In this document: positions 1-12,289 of the stretch, piece by piece | Numbering within the stretch: the stretch's first letter is position 1 | Layout of the letters: each line of letters starts with the position of its first letter | NCBI GenBank assembly: GCA_951406725.2 | Contig: OX597822.1 | Span: 59,396,001 to 59,460,000 of the forward strand | Direction: 5' to 3' | Source of the DNA: Octopus vulgaris | Taxonomy: Eukaryota | Length of the DNA stretch: 64,000 nt | Notes under the pieces: generated by a model | Database searches by the model: none | The model's input: only the letters and a program-made list of their open reading frames with translations | What the model was told of the DNA's origin: nothing | Made by a program: the position numbers and the translations under genes

Positions 1-53
<53 letters not shown>

Positions 54-87
54 GATGGTCTGTCTGTCTGTCTGTCTGTCTGTCTGT
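1..87. repeat. (TATC)n then (TGTC)n microsatellite
   Basis: Directly visible tetranucleotide arrays. Confidence 0.95.
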
Positions 88-256
88 TATCAGTGACATA
101 TACATTACGTATACTCACCGTGTATTTCCCGTTAGGCTGCGAAAACACCGGGTGATTTTAAAACACCCGAAAGTCATGGACAGGCGAGGTAATTCACCTC
201 TAATCACACCAAGGAATGATGGACATCGATGTTTCATCATTTTTTGCCACATTTGA

Positions 257-297
<41 letters not shown>

Positions 298-312
298 CGT
301 GTGTGTATGTGT

Positions 313-381
<69 letters not shown>

Positions 382-388
382 CATACAT
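257..388. repeat. (TA)n/(TG)n microsatellite
   Basis: Directly visible; explains the HT/CV/YI ORFs. Confidence 0.95.
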
Positions 389-714
389 AAGAATTTCGCT
401 CATTTTTCAACAGTTCTGCAAGCACGGCACATTAGTTTTATAACCCGTTAACGTTTATATTGCAGATATGTACCCGCTCAAAATTTCATTACCCTTTACT
501 GCGGAGAGCAGGTTTTATATACCAAACAATCTTTTGTTTAAGAATGTCATGTTTTTGAAACTATTTTCTTTAGAGATATTTCAAACTTATTGAGGCAATG
601 TGACTTACAGAAAATACCAATTGTATTTTTTGGTAGATATTTTTCAGCATTACTGGAATAACCAGGAAATTTAGTATTCCGCAGCGAAAAGCTTTACTGA
701 AAATAGCACCATTA

Positions 715-2009
715 TTAGGTCGTCAAGTATGAAATTTGTAGTAAAATATATGGTAAACTTTGATAGCTGCTCATTATGTTCCGTTATTATATTTGACAAT
801 CTCTATTTCTTGTTAGAAAGCTGACACATCTATTTCTTTATTCTAACTTGTTTTGCACTTTATAAAGTATTTATAAATCGTTTTTTGCTATTTTTGTTTA
901 GAGATGGATAAGTCGGATATTCGTTCAGTTTTGAAATAGGAGTTCTTTCATGGAAATACAGCATCAGAAACAGCTCGGAATATTAATGGAGTAGTTCATT
1001 CTAATGTTATTACGTAACAGACAGTATGAAATTGGTTTGCAAAATTTCCTTCTAGTAACTTTGATATTACAAATGAGCAACGCGGTCGACCAGAAAAAAG
1101 GTAGATAATGACGAAATGAAAGCCACCGTTGAATCAGATCCATCTCAAAGTGCCAGTGAACTATCGTTGCTGTTTGGTGTTAGCAAGCAAACAATACTGA
1201 CTCACCTAGTTCAAATCGGTAAAGTAAAAAAGTTGGATAAATGGGTTTCACATGAACTCAATAAAAATCAGAAACAGCAACGTTTGGAAGCCTGTATTAT
1301 GCTACTTTCTCGTCACAAAAATGAATAATTTTTTAACCGAATTGTAACATGTGATGATAAATGGATCCAATACAACAACCATAAACGTTCAGCACAATGG
1401 TTGGGCAAAGACAAGCCACGAAAACACAGTCCAAAGAGTAAAATTCATCAAAAGAAGCTGATGGTATGTGTTTGGTGGTTTGGCGCAGGTGTGATCCATC
1501 ATGATTTCATTAAACCTGGCTCATCAACCACGGCCGGAGTTTATTGCAGTCAACATGACCAAATGAAGCAGAAACTTAAAAAAAAAAAAAGAAAGAAAAA
1601 AGAACAGCCTAGATAAATTCAACAGATCCACTCCTATTTTATTGCAAGACAATGTCAGATCACGCATCACAAAAATGACATTGACGAAACTACAGGAGAT
1701 GGAGTTGGGAGTTCTCCATCATCCACCATCCTCACCTAATCTTGTCTCCACTGACTACCGCTTCTTCCAGAATTTGGATAACTTTTTGATAGGAAAAAAA
1801 ATTAATTCCGACGATGTTGTAAAAAAGGTCTTCCAAGGACTCTAGATTGCCAGGCTTTTACAGTTCTCTGCTGGACAAACTACCACTGAAATAGCAAAAG
1901 TGTATTGACAATATGGGTGCATACTTTGATGAATAAAACTGTTCATTGTATTTATAAAACATAAGTAAACTTTTTTTCTTTTCTACAAATTTTATATTTG
2001 ACGACCTAA
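715..2009 (+). mobile_element. Full-length mariner DNA transposon (~1.3 kb), inactive
   Basis: TIRs TTAGGTCGTCAA(G/A)TAT(G/A)AAATTTGTAG at both ends, each flanked by TA (713-714, 2010-2011). Confidence 0.92.
904..1936 (+). pseudogene. Mariner transposase pseudogene
   Basis: Motifs WVSHEL (WVPHEL), VTCDDKW, QDNVRSR (HDNARPH) and HPPSSPNLVSTDY (YSPDLAPSDY), interrupted by stops and frameshifts. Confidence 0.9.
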
Positions 2010-2129
2010 TATATATATATATATATATATATATAAGAAATAGTGGTACAACGAGGCACCAATGTTTGCTGGAAATAGCAGTCGATAATGATACAATGCT
2101 GTGTAAAGCTTCACTAAAATGTATACTGG

Positions 2130-2199
<70 letters not shown>

Positions 2200-2204
<5 letters not shown>

Positions 2205-3345
2205 TATTTACATTTGACGGATATTTGTCCTCATCTTGTTTGTTGTTAACAGAACGTTTCGTGCTCGTAACCACTGCGCCATATGCCCGTGGGCAATTAT
2301 GGAGTGAATTTTAGGGCTTATAAATCTAATACTCTCTTATCCTTCTTTAATACCAGTTCCCATATGCTGTTCATATCTTCACTCTGTCTGCTCAGGAGGT
2401 TGTTGTGTCCTAGCATATGTGCTGCTTTTTTTAGTTTTCGTATTTTCCAGAGGTCTTCTCTGTCTAGTATTTTAACTTCATCCCACAGGGGGAGGTGGTC
2501 TCCATTTTTCCATACCCGATTGATCAATATCTCCTCATGTCACAGCCTTGCAATATTCTTCTAGCCTTATTTTGAGGGGGTGGAATGTTTTGCCGTTGTA
2601 TATAACCTACTACAGCTGCGTGGGATGGAGTACACGCACTTTTGGGTTATGTTCTCTTCTATTGGTGCTTTTACCCGAAGGAGATATTTGCGAAGTGTTG
2701 TATTACTCTTGAATACTGTCCTGATGTCATATGGGCCGCATATCTTTTTAACTTTTCGGAGAGGCCTTTCACATAGGGTTGACAGACTGTGGACATTTTA
2801 TCGGTTTCATCCTCTCTTTTCTTCATAATTGGAGTGGATAGTATGTTTTTGGCGTAGTTGTTGCTTAATAGATTGCTATTGAGCTTGATCATTTCTTCGT
2901 GGTGTGTATCACGATCGCTACTTATATTCATTGCACGATCTTTTAGGCACTGAGCAATCCCTCTCTTTACACTGTATGGATGATGGGAATTGAAGTTGAG
3001 GTATCGTCCTGTGAAGGTCGGCTTGTGGTATACAGATGTCCTGAATCCATACTTGGTGGGCGTTATTAATACGTCCAGGAATACTAATTGATTGTCTTTT
3101 TCCTTTACCATTGTGAACTGTATGGATGTTTTTATTGAGTTCACATGATCTAACAGCACTTGGACATCATTGTGGTGGGGCCAGAGTCGCAGCCGTAGGG
3201 TTGGTTTTAGTGGTGTTGATCCTAAAGCCACATTCTCAAAGTATTCCATATATATATTGGCTAATATCGGTGATAATGGCGAACCATAGCTAAACCCTCT
3301 TCTTGTCGATATGTATCAGTGTCAATACGTCAAGTCAGCTCTGTC
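2200..3345 (-). mobile_element. Penelope-like retroelement, 5'-truncated (RT C-terminus, GIY-YIG endonuclease remnant, terminal repeat)
   Basis: GLAM(G)SPLSPILANIYMEYFE, FLDVLI, VYHKPTFTGRYLNFNSHHP, then DHLPLWDEVKILDRE..WKIRKLK; the YVDD region is deleted. Confidence 0.88.
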
Positions 3346-3346
3346 T

Positions 3347-3581
3347 TTAAGCGAGCAGACAGAGTGCAGATATGAATAGCATATGGGAACCGGTATTAAG
3401 GAAGGATATGAGAATATCCACAATTGCCCACAATACGCATATGGCGTACTGGTTAAGAGCGCGGGCTACAAAACCTAAGATTCTGAGTTCCAGGCAATGA
3501 AAAATAACTTCGGGATGAGTACCAGTGTTAGCAACAAACAAGAAGAGGACAAATGTAAATAATGTACATAATTACTCATCT

Positions 3582-3586
<5 letters not shown>
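3347..3586 (+). mobile_element. Inverted partial copy of the Penelope 3' end/terminal repeat
   Basis: Reverse-complement match to 2200-2395 (GAGCAGACAGAGTG..ATATGGGAAC..AACAAACAAGA..GAGGACAAAT); an inverted terminal arrangement is typical of PLEs. Confidence 0.8.
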
Positions 3587-3624
<38 letters not shown>

Positions 3625-3651
3625 GAAGGTTTGGAGATGATGTACAGGTAT

Positions 3652-3749
3652 TATATATTAGAAGAAATGAGGTACTCAGAAAATCGGATGGTTTATATTT
3701 ACGATCCTACCATCCGATTTTCTGAGTACCTCATTTCTTCTAATATATA
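3652..3749. repeat. Perfect 41-bp inverted repeat with 16-nt loop
   Basis: TATATATTAGAAGAAATGAGGTACTCAGAAAATCGGATGGT / ACCATCCGATTTTCTGAGTACCTCATTTCTTCTAATATATA. Confidence 0.9.
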
Positions 3750-4163
3750 TATATATAATATTCATTGAGAAAAGGAATATTGATATTCATTTTACATATG
3801 AACATAACAAAGGATATTGTATTTCACAGTTAATTATCAATAATCTATATTTAATTCGATTTTATAATTTTCAATTGTAAACTGGATTTGGCCAAGATAT
3901 TTATCAAGCAATAGAAGGAAATTTAACAGAAATCCAGGAAGTTTTAACAATATATTGTCAGGGGAAATAACTCTATATTTTTCAATTTGTCTGGAACTAT
4001 ATTCTGAGTGCTTTCGTATATTATTTGTACTAAGAGATGTTTATTAGAGAATTACTCATCATCACCACTATTATCACTGTCACAAACAGTACTGCTATAG
4101 TTTTCGGCGTCGTGCCTTTGTATATATATATATATAAAAAAAATCATTACATGTTCAGTGAAA

Positions 4164-4752
4164 GGCGGCGAGCAGGCAGAATCGTTAGCAGGCCGGGCGA
4201 AATGCTTAGCGGTATTTTGTCCGCCGCTACGTTCTGAGTTCAAATTCCGCCGAGGTCGACTTTGCCTTTCATTCTTTTGGGGTGGATTAAATACGTACCA
4301 GTTACGCGCTGGTGTCGATGTAATCGACTTAATCTGTGTGTCCCCTCTTGTTTTTCCCCTCTGTGTTTAGCCCCTTGTGGGTAGTATAGAAATAGGTATT
4401 TCGTCTGCCGCTACATTCTGAGTTCAAATTCCAGCGAGGTCGACTTTACCTTTCATCCTTTCGGGGTCGACAAATTAAGTACCAGTTGCGTACTGGTATC
4501 GATCTAATCGACAGGTCCCCACCCTACAAAATTTTGGGCCTTATGTCTAGAGTAAAAAAGAATCGTTTGTACGCTGGGCGAAATACTGAGCGGTATTTCG
4601 TCTGCCGCTACGTTCTGCGTTCAAATTCTGCCACGGTCGACTTTCACCCTTTCGGGGTCGATTCAATAAGTACCAGTTACGCACTGGGGTAGATATAAAC
4701 GACTAGGCCCCTTCCCCACAAATTTCCAAGGCCTTGTGCCTAGGGTAGAAAT
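4164..4752 (+). mobile_element. tRNA-derived SINE family B (Meta-domain-like), tandem multimer
   Basis: Head GGCGGCGAGC.GGCAGAATCGTTAGC, B-box GAGTTCAAATTCC, core GTCGACTTTGCCTTTCATCCTTTCGGGGTCGATAAATTAAGTACC repeated 3x. Confidence 0.85.
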
Positions 4753-4840
4753 AATTATTTACAGTTCTATATTTAAGAGATGAGGAATTATGTACATTAT
4801 TTACATTCGACGGATATTTGTCCTCATCTTGTTTGTTGTT

Positions 4841-4887
4841 AATACAACGTTTCGGCTGATATACCCTCCAGCCTTCTTCAGATGTCT
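4841..4887 (-). ncRNA. Minimal type I hammerhead ribozyme motif
   Basis: Minus strand GACAT-CTGAAGA-A-GGCTG(GAGGGTATAT)CAGCC-GAAAC-GTT-GTATT; palindromic stem III AACGTT; stem I imperfect. Confidence 0.65.
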
Positions 4888-5040
4888 TGGGAAAATTTCG
4901 AACCTGGGTTCACATTCCTAAGGTATATTTCGATGTTATTATTATTATTATTATTATTATTAAAGAAAATATTTTTTTTATTGTTATTGTTCATATCACT
5001 GCTTGGAATCGAACTCGGAACCACTACGCCATATGCCCAC

Positions 5041-5106
5041 GGGAATAGTGGTTAAGAGCGCGGGCTACTAACCCCAAGATTTCGAGTTCGATTCCAAGCA
5101 GTGATC
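5041..5106 (+). other. tRNA-like Pol III module inside Penelope terminal repeat
   Basis: TAGTGGTTAAGAGCGCGGGCTACTAACCCCAAGATTTCGAGTTCGATTCC: partial A box, anticodon-like arm, B box; the intact A box TGGCGTAGTGG is in the inverted arm. Confidence 0.65.
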
Positions 5107-5108
5107 TG

Positions 5109-5159
<51 letters not shown>

Positions 5160-5631
5160 AATAATAATAATAACATCAAAAAATACCTTCGGAATGAGAA
5201 CCCAGGTTCGAAGTTTCCCCTAGACACCTGAAGCAGGCTGGAGGGTATATCAGGGATGAAAGGAAAAGGTGATCTCAGAGGCTTTTAAAATCAAAATGTA
5301 AAGAGCTGGAAGTAAATACTGCAAGATGCTCAAACGATTCTGATAGTTTGCTGCCTTCAAATAAGCGAACCTCAGCGGAATTTGAACTCAGAGCACAGAG
5401 ACATATAACTAAAGATCTCATGGTATTTGATTTGACGCTCTAAAGATTATTAATTTATCGCAATTTGAATTGTTTGTAAACTAAGCACAATGTTAGAAAT
5501 TTTGTTGTAGAGAATAGTCAATTGAATCAATCCAAGTACTTGACTGGTACTTTATTTTGCCGAGCTCTGAAAGGTGAAAGGCAGGATTTAAACTTAGAAC
5601 GTAAAGGACCATAAATAGATGCCGTGAGGTA

Positions 5632-6490
5632 CCGTAAATCCTCGAGTATAGTCTGCCCTTGAATTTAATACATAGGGGATTTTTAGGGAGCTGTACCTCT
5701 GAAAAACCTAAACCTTGTGTATAATACGCACTCCTTCTCTAACTTGAGTCGTGCGTAATTAAGCCAGCAGCACCTAGTCGAACAAACATTTCCGCGCATG
5801 CGTAATACAATAATGGTGGTGTTCTTAACTGATATATGGGAATGTAAATATGTTTGCAAATTGTTTTTGTTACATGTTATTCTGTGTTCTGAATACTTTT
5901 ATTTTAATAAATATAAAGATGTGCACGATCACCCTTGGACGGTTTTGAATGACCATAGAAAGTGCGAGCCCTCTAACTGAAAAATTGTGGATTTGTATAA
6001 AGGACACACACACGCAGACATTTTGCCGTTTATATATATAGAGTTTCGATATAAAATAAAAAATAGACATATAAGTAATTGAAAATTGAGACAATAATAA
6101 AAGCAAGATATAATTTGAAAAAAGAAACCGTTATTGTAAGTTGGGTACCCGAAGTCGCATATGTGTGAGAAACCTCTCCTTAATCAAATTGTTTTCTACA
6201 ACTTTGATCTTCTCCTTTATCATTTCTCCTACCCTGTGGTGTAGTAGTCGTAATTTCTCGTTCCAAATTTCCCTTGACAAAAAAACAAGAAAAAAAGACT
6301 TCATTGCTTTCAGGCTTAGCTTAAGGTATTTTCGCGCACGACATTACAAAATGCGTCGGAATAGTCAAATAGAGACTCGGACATTGCTTAGAAAATATTT
6401 TTCAACTTTAACCTCGTATATAGTACGAACTAGGGATTTTGAGTTTTAAATTTTGGGGAAAAAATGCAGATTATACTCGAGGATTTACGG
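5632..6490. mobile_element. Non-autonomous Tc1/mariner-pogo-type MITE
   Basis: TIR CCGTAAATCCTCGAGTATA / TATACTCGAGGATTTACGG with TA flanks; second copy at 17679-18199. Confidence 0.88.
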
Positions 6491-6549
6491 TATTTTGTCT
6501 GCCGTTCTATTCTGTTAATTCAATAAACAACAGCAACAACAACAACAAT

Positions 6550-6715
6550 AATGGTTTCGAATTTTCCACAAGGGCAGCGATTTTGGGGAGGGGATGAGTC
6601 GATTACATTTACCCCAGTGTTCAGCTGGAACTTAATTTATCGACTCCTGAGAAGATGAAAGACAAAGTCGATCTCGGTGGGATTTGAGCTCTGAACATGC
6701 TAACGGATAAAATGA
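6550..6715 (-). mobile_element. SINE family B fragment
   Basis: GATGAAAGACAAAGTCGATCTCGGTGGGATTTGAGCTC core in reverse. Confidence 0.7.
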
Positions 6716-6849
6716 ATTAAAATAAAATAAAAAAGTAGATTTTTATATTAATCACTAAGGATTCACAAAACGCTTGACGATGGTATGGGACGATTCAAAA
6801 TCGGGTTACGTAAAAGTGTATGGACAATAAAATAACAGAAAGAAAGAAC

Positions 6850-7500
6850 AAGAAAAAATCATCCCTCACAAGGAGTCTTATGAGATGTGCTCGTGGAAGC
6901 GCCACAAAACCATGATCACCTTTATTGCTAGTGCAAGTGCTTTCTCTCTGTCCTCCTCCAATTTGCAGGTGCATCCTCAGGGCAAATCTTTTCCACACTA
7001 ACCTCCCTTTCAACAAATTTGTTGCGAGTTAGCACATCTTTTTCCCTGCTGACTTTCCTTTTCAAGTGAAACTTGAAAAAATTGATGGTGGGTTGGCCAA
7101 AGGAGAAGAGAACTATCTTCAGCCCTTTTAGTCTTGTTCACCAGTCTTGTTCGGGCACTAGACAAGTGCATGCAGAAGTTTCGTTGCTCTTCAAGCATTT
7201 CGGGCAATCCTGTCTGACAGCGCTACTGTAGCGGCAGAATTTATCCCAGAGCGGCCACGCAACCCCGTAAAATTGGCTGGCCAGGGATTTCTAGAAATTA
7301 TCCATAGGCGCGATCCAGGATTGCATATCTGTCAAAGAGACGTAACTGCGGAAAAGAGAGTCAGACAGATCGCGACTACGTCTGCTCACCATCAAAGAAA
7401 TGGTGGAGATGTCGCAGCCTCAGTATATGTTTGCGTATCATTAGTCACGGAATACTTGGTCTTCAAGCAAATGGAATATCTGACCAATGGTATGTGTTCG
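6850..7500 (-). mobile_element. Degraded Tx1/L1-like LINE ORF2 C-terminus
   Basis: Minus-strand SAVRQDCPKCLKSNET (zf-RVT-like) and TRLKGLK..GQPTINFFKFHLKRKV..FVER. Confidence 0.55.
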
Positions 7501-8609
7501 CTGCATAGAAAGAAGAACAGGAACTTCGGTTCAGCAAGAAGTGAACAGGGGCAAAGTACGACGGTCAGGTTATGATATTTGACGGACATAATGTATGCGT
7601 TAACCTCTTCTTTCTAACTTTATTGAAATAGCTTTCTCTCGGCCTATTTCTGGGTTAGGTTGGCTATCCTGCTCGTCCCAGTTTTTTCCTCACTGAACCA
7701 AACCAGTCTTCGAGCTGCAAGCTCATTGACTTTTCTTTGTTGATTTTTGCTCCTGCCACCACAATATTGCCGATCAACTCATTGTTCTTAGTGTCCACCA
7801 CTATGATGGTGACGTCGTCCATGTCTGTCGAACACCGTTCTAATTTGTCTGCGATGACACTTAAAGCTTCTAATTTCTACCAAGCGCCGTCGCTGTATGC
7901 TCAGCCTTGAAAGGGACCACATATTCTGGGCAAAAATATTTTATACATTCATAAACCCCTCTGTGGTCTTAACCCAAACATTATTCCAGGCGCTTTATTC
8001 ATGTCCAAGTTCTCGTACTATCCACATATTGGTTGGTGAAGCGTGTCTTTCTAAAATAATTCGATTAACCCATTATACTCCCACTTGAAAACCACGAGCT
8101 TGCACAAGTTCCTGAAGTCAGATATTCCGTCCAGTCCCTTGATATATATCTTACAAGGGTGGCTTTTTTGCTTTTCTTTTGTTTCTTCTTTTTTTTAATT
8201 TTTTAATTTTTAATTTTGTCAGTCCTTCTCATCATACATTTGAATTTATATTGGGAGGCGGACAAGGTAATACTGCTTAGAAGAGGAGGGCATCGGTATT
8301 CTCCAGTTCTGAATCTGAAGGCATAAAGAGCTTCCGGTAGTGCTGAAAAAGTAGCCCCAAACACCCATTTCTCTACGTGAAACTACGAACCAGAACTTTA
8401 TGCCACTTTCAATAGCTCAAATTATCATCTTTTTATATTACACTGGCCCATGTACTGAATGCTTTCTGCATTATCTGCGTCTGACGAGGCGAGTGTTTCT
8501 CTTCTACGGGAAAAGAAAAAAAAGAAAAAAGAAACTATAAATTGCTGTCTCGTCAGATTAACTGGGGCAAAGCGCGATGCGAAGCAGTTACAGGTGTCAG
8601 AGTAATGAC

Positions 8610-8725
8610 ACACCACCACCACCATCATCATCATCATCGTCGTCGTCGTCGTCGTCGTCATCATCATCATCGTCATCGTCGTCGTCGTCGTCATCGTCGT
8701 CATCATCATCATCATCATCATCATC
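8610..8725. repeat. Compound (CAC)/(CAT)/(CGT) trinucleotide repeat
   Basis: Directly visible. Confidence 0.9.
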
Positions 8726-9728
8726 TTGTCTCGGTCTTGTCTCACTGTAACTGGTCTTGTCTCGGACTAGTTACAGTGGAACTGTGTTAGTGACCAGGTC
8801 ACTGAGAGTGCGATGAAAATTTTAACACCAAATAATAAACAATTAAGTGAAGTTAATAGTTTAAAAAAAAAAATTTTTGAGTCTTCCACGCTGTAAATGC
8901 TTTATAGTTGAGGTTTTAGTTAAAAAGCGAATAACTGCATGGGAGACAACTGCTAATGCCTTAATGTCTTCTTTCCCCACACAACAATTATAGTTACTCC
9001 CCTTTAACTCTGCGTTTTTTAAATATCAATAGAAAACATATCGATAATAAAAATCATTTGATCTTTAACGCAACAAACATCGCTCTGTGTAATTTGTTCA
9101 GTAGGAAATAAAATATTAAAGTTTTAAATCCAGGACAAAGAAGGCATAGAGGAAGATGTGACGCAAATGGAATTTACAAAATGTTTGCTGGAATCAAGGC
9201 GACAAAAGCGATACTGTAATTTTGAAAAGCTTTAAATGTTTTACATAAACGTTTGTTTGTATATGTGTATGTCAACAGTTTGGTTTGATAGTCATGATAA
9301 TGCAATGGAAATTCTAGTAAAGGAGTTGTTCTGTTGGTAGTAAAAAAGCATATATTCGTGGTAGATATTGTAATTGTGTTTATTCAAGAATACAGAATTG
9401 CTAGTGATATTGGTGTTGACGGTATTGGTCCAAGGACACAGTGTAGGTGTGTGTCTGTGTGTGGGGATATTTTTGGAGTAAAGAACACAACAGTGGTAAT
9501 AATGGTGATGTTGATAGTAGTGAAAGTGGTTGTAATATAAGTATAGTTTGTTACTTTCGAAATTGATGAAGGTGATAAGTTGAGAATTTAGTGATGTAAA
9601 GGATGCAACAACAATGGTGGGTGGTGGGTGGTGGTGTTACTTCCGGTGCTGCAGTGGACAACGGCAGACGAAATATCGCTAAACATTTCGCCCGGTGTGC
9701 TAACGTTTCTTCCAGCTTACCGCCTTAA

Positions 9729-9795
<67 letters not shown>

Positions 9796-9828
9796 CATCC
9801 ATCCATCCATCCACCCATCCATCCATCC

Positions 9829-9910
<82 letters not shown>

Positions 9911-9945
9911 GTTTTTGTCCATCCATCCATCCATCCATCCATCCA
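9729..9945. repeat. (ATCT)n/(ATCC)n microsatellite
   Basis: Directly visible. Confidence 0.95.
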
Positions 9946-10123
9946 ACTGCATGTACATACGTACTTATGTATATTATATTAGAAATAACAATTGATATCT
10001 ACAAATAGCTAAATGAAATATATAGAATATATAGATTAATTCATCATTATATCTAATAATATGATATACATAACTGATACATCAGGGTACATAATTAAAG
10101 AATACACAGCTAATACACATGTG

Positions 10124-10460
10124 AAGGCGCATGGCTCAGTGGTGAGAGCGTCGAGCTTACGATGGTGAGGTTGTGAGCTCGAATCCCGGACCGGGCTGCG
10201 TGTTGTGTTCTTGAGCAAGGCACTTTATTTCACGTTGCTCCAGTTCACTCAGCTGTAGTAATAAGTTGGGACGTCACTGATGCTAAGCTGTATTGTCCTT
10301 TGTCTTTCCCTTGGATAACACTGGTGGCGTGGAGAGGGGAGGCTGGTATGCATGGGCGACTGCTGGCCTTCCATAAACAACCTTGTCCGGACTTGTGTCT
10401 AGGAGGATAACTTTCTAGGTGCAATCCCATGGTCATTCATGACCGAAGGGGGTCTTTACT
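10124..10460 (+). mobile_element. tRNA-derived SINE (family C-related head, different tail)
   Basis: A box TGGCTCAGTGG, B box GCTCGAATCCC, GTGTTCTTGAGCAAGGCACTTTATTTCACGTTGCTCCAG core. Confidence 0.75.
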
Positions 10461-10950
10461 TTATACACATGTACATAATATATAAAATGCAAATCCAGGA
10501 TAAAACTCTTGTAGATGTTTTACTAAATACAACGGGCATCAGCAAGAAAAAAACAACAACAAAAATCAAAACAAGACAAAAAAAAAAGAGCAACCAGAGA
10601 CGTGATTGCAAGTTTTAATCTCAGATTAAGCAGCATAGCTGAAGAAATATGGGTCAATACTATTGAATTGACAAGAATAGGTGATTCAATGTAACAACTT
10701 TTTTTCTAAGGAAAGATCGTTATTATGAAAAATACTCGATCGACATGAAGATGACAGTGAAGGTGGTATTAACTAGGATGAAACATTTTAATGGCGTATG
10801 AATTTGAACTAGCACGAAAGGTTCAGAAGAAAAGATAGATCCAACCAAAGTTTAAAGTCGTTGGTAGACTCGTACAGAGGGATAAATATATTGGACGAAT
10901 ATATTCGGTTATTGTCATCAGTAATGTTTTTAGAACTTACTCTCTCCCTT

Positions 10951-11376
10951 TTTACTCCTTTACTTGTTTGAGTCATTCGACTGCGGCCATGCTGGAGCAC
11001 CGACTTTAGTCGAACAAATCGACCCCAGGACTTATTCTTCGTAAGCCTAGTACTTATTCTATCGGTGTCTTTTTGCCGAACCGTTAAGTTACGGGGACGT
11101 GAACACACCAACATCGGTTGTTAAGCGATGCTGGGAGGACAAACACAGACGCACAAACACACACACGCACGCACACACACATATACACACACATACACAC
11201 ACATATATATATACGACGGGCTTCTTTCAGTTTCCGTCTACCAAATCCACTCACAAGGCTTTGGTCGACCCGAGGCTCTAGTAGAAAACACTTGCCCAAG
11301 GTACCACGCTGTGGGACTGAACCCGGAACCATGTGGTTGGTAAGCAAGCTACTTACCACACAGCCACTCCTGCGCC
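10951..11376 (-). mobile_element. tRNA-derived SINE family A (internal microsatellite, LINE-derived tail)
   Basis: Head GGCGCAGGAGTGGCTGTGTGGTAAG..GGTTCAGTCCC, tail GGTGCTCCAGCATGGCCGCAGTC..AAACAAGTAAA. Confidence 0.9.
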
Positions 11377-11859
11377 CTTTTTTTTTGAAAGTTTAAGTAG
11401 AGTTTAAGTGTTTCGATACCAATCGTGAAACACTATCTTCACGAAAAATAATTGAAAAGTAAGTGTTAACTTTTCATAAAGATGCTTTATAAAGATTATT
11501 AGATATATACTTAGGATCTGTGCTTATCTAGCATGTCAGTTGCTCTGAAGTGATGTGTTTAAACTGAAACAGTTACTTCATGAAACATCTATTCTAGCCA
11601 TTTAAAAACATAGATCTATTAAATTCTCTTTAAATTTCTTTCATGTGGTATCTAATATTTCGCCGTATTACTGCAACCTGGTCACTGACATAATTCTACT
11701 GCAACTGTAGATATATTTATAGTGAGAATAAAAACTAACAATATCAGCTTTTTATGTCTCGACATACGCGAACAAGTCAATACTTATGCTTTACTGTTGA
11801 GGCCACAATAAGATCAGAATAGTTTAAAGTAGTCCCTGTTACTTGCTGAAATAATATTT

Positions 11860-12289
11860 CAAATTTTAGCACAAGGTCAGCAACTTTCGGGGAAGGGGAT
11901 AAATCGATTTCATTGACCCCGCTACCACGCAAAAAAAAAAAAAAAATAAATAAAAGAAAGAATCAACTGGTACTTATTTTATTGAACCCGAAAGGTTGAA
12001 AAGCAAAGCTGACCTCGGCGGAAATTGAACTCAGAACGTAAAGACATACGAAATACCTATTTCTTTACTACCCACAAGGGGCTAAACACAGAGAGGACAA
12101 ACAAGGACGGACAAACGGATTAAGTCGATTATATCGACCCCAGTGCGTAACTGGTTCTTTATTTATCGACCCCGAAAGGATGAAAGGCAAAGTCGACCTC
12201 AGCGGAATTTGAACTCAGAGCGTTGTGGCAGACGAAATACCGCTGAACATTTTGCCCGGCGTGCTTACTATTTTACCAGCTCTCCGCCT
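11860..12289 (-). mobile_element. SINE family B dimer
   Basis: Matches 4164-4752 in reverse. Confidence 0.85.

Larger units (their letters stand above)
4762..5253. mobile_element. Fold-back Penelope terminal-repeat derivative (two inverted copies around 5036-5043)
   Basis: 4855-5038 and 5041-5253 are reverse complements; 4795-4853 matches the Penelope end at 2200-2260. Confidence 0.8.

Noticed and set aside
111-260. Minus-strand donor-like GTGAGT at 113-118 with ORF 115-384
   Set aside because: No acceptor; the ORF starts in a microsatellite and the segment looks repeat-derived
5041-5106. Functional tRNA gene
   Set aside because: Acceptor stem does not pair, and the sequence is embedded in a repeat; the same applies to the SINE heads
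8425-8790. His/Arg-rich and Met/Thr-rich ORFs
   Set aside because: Translations of a trinucleotide microsatellite
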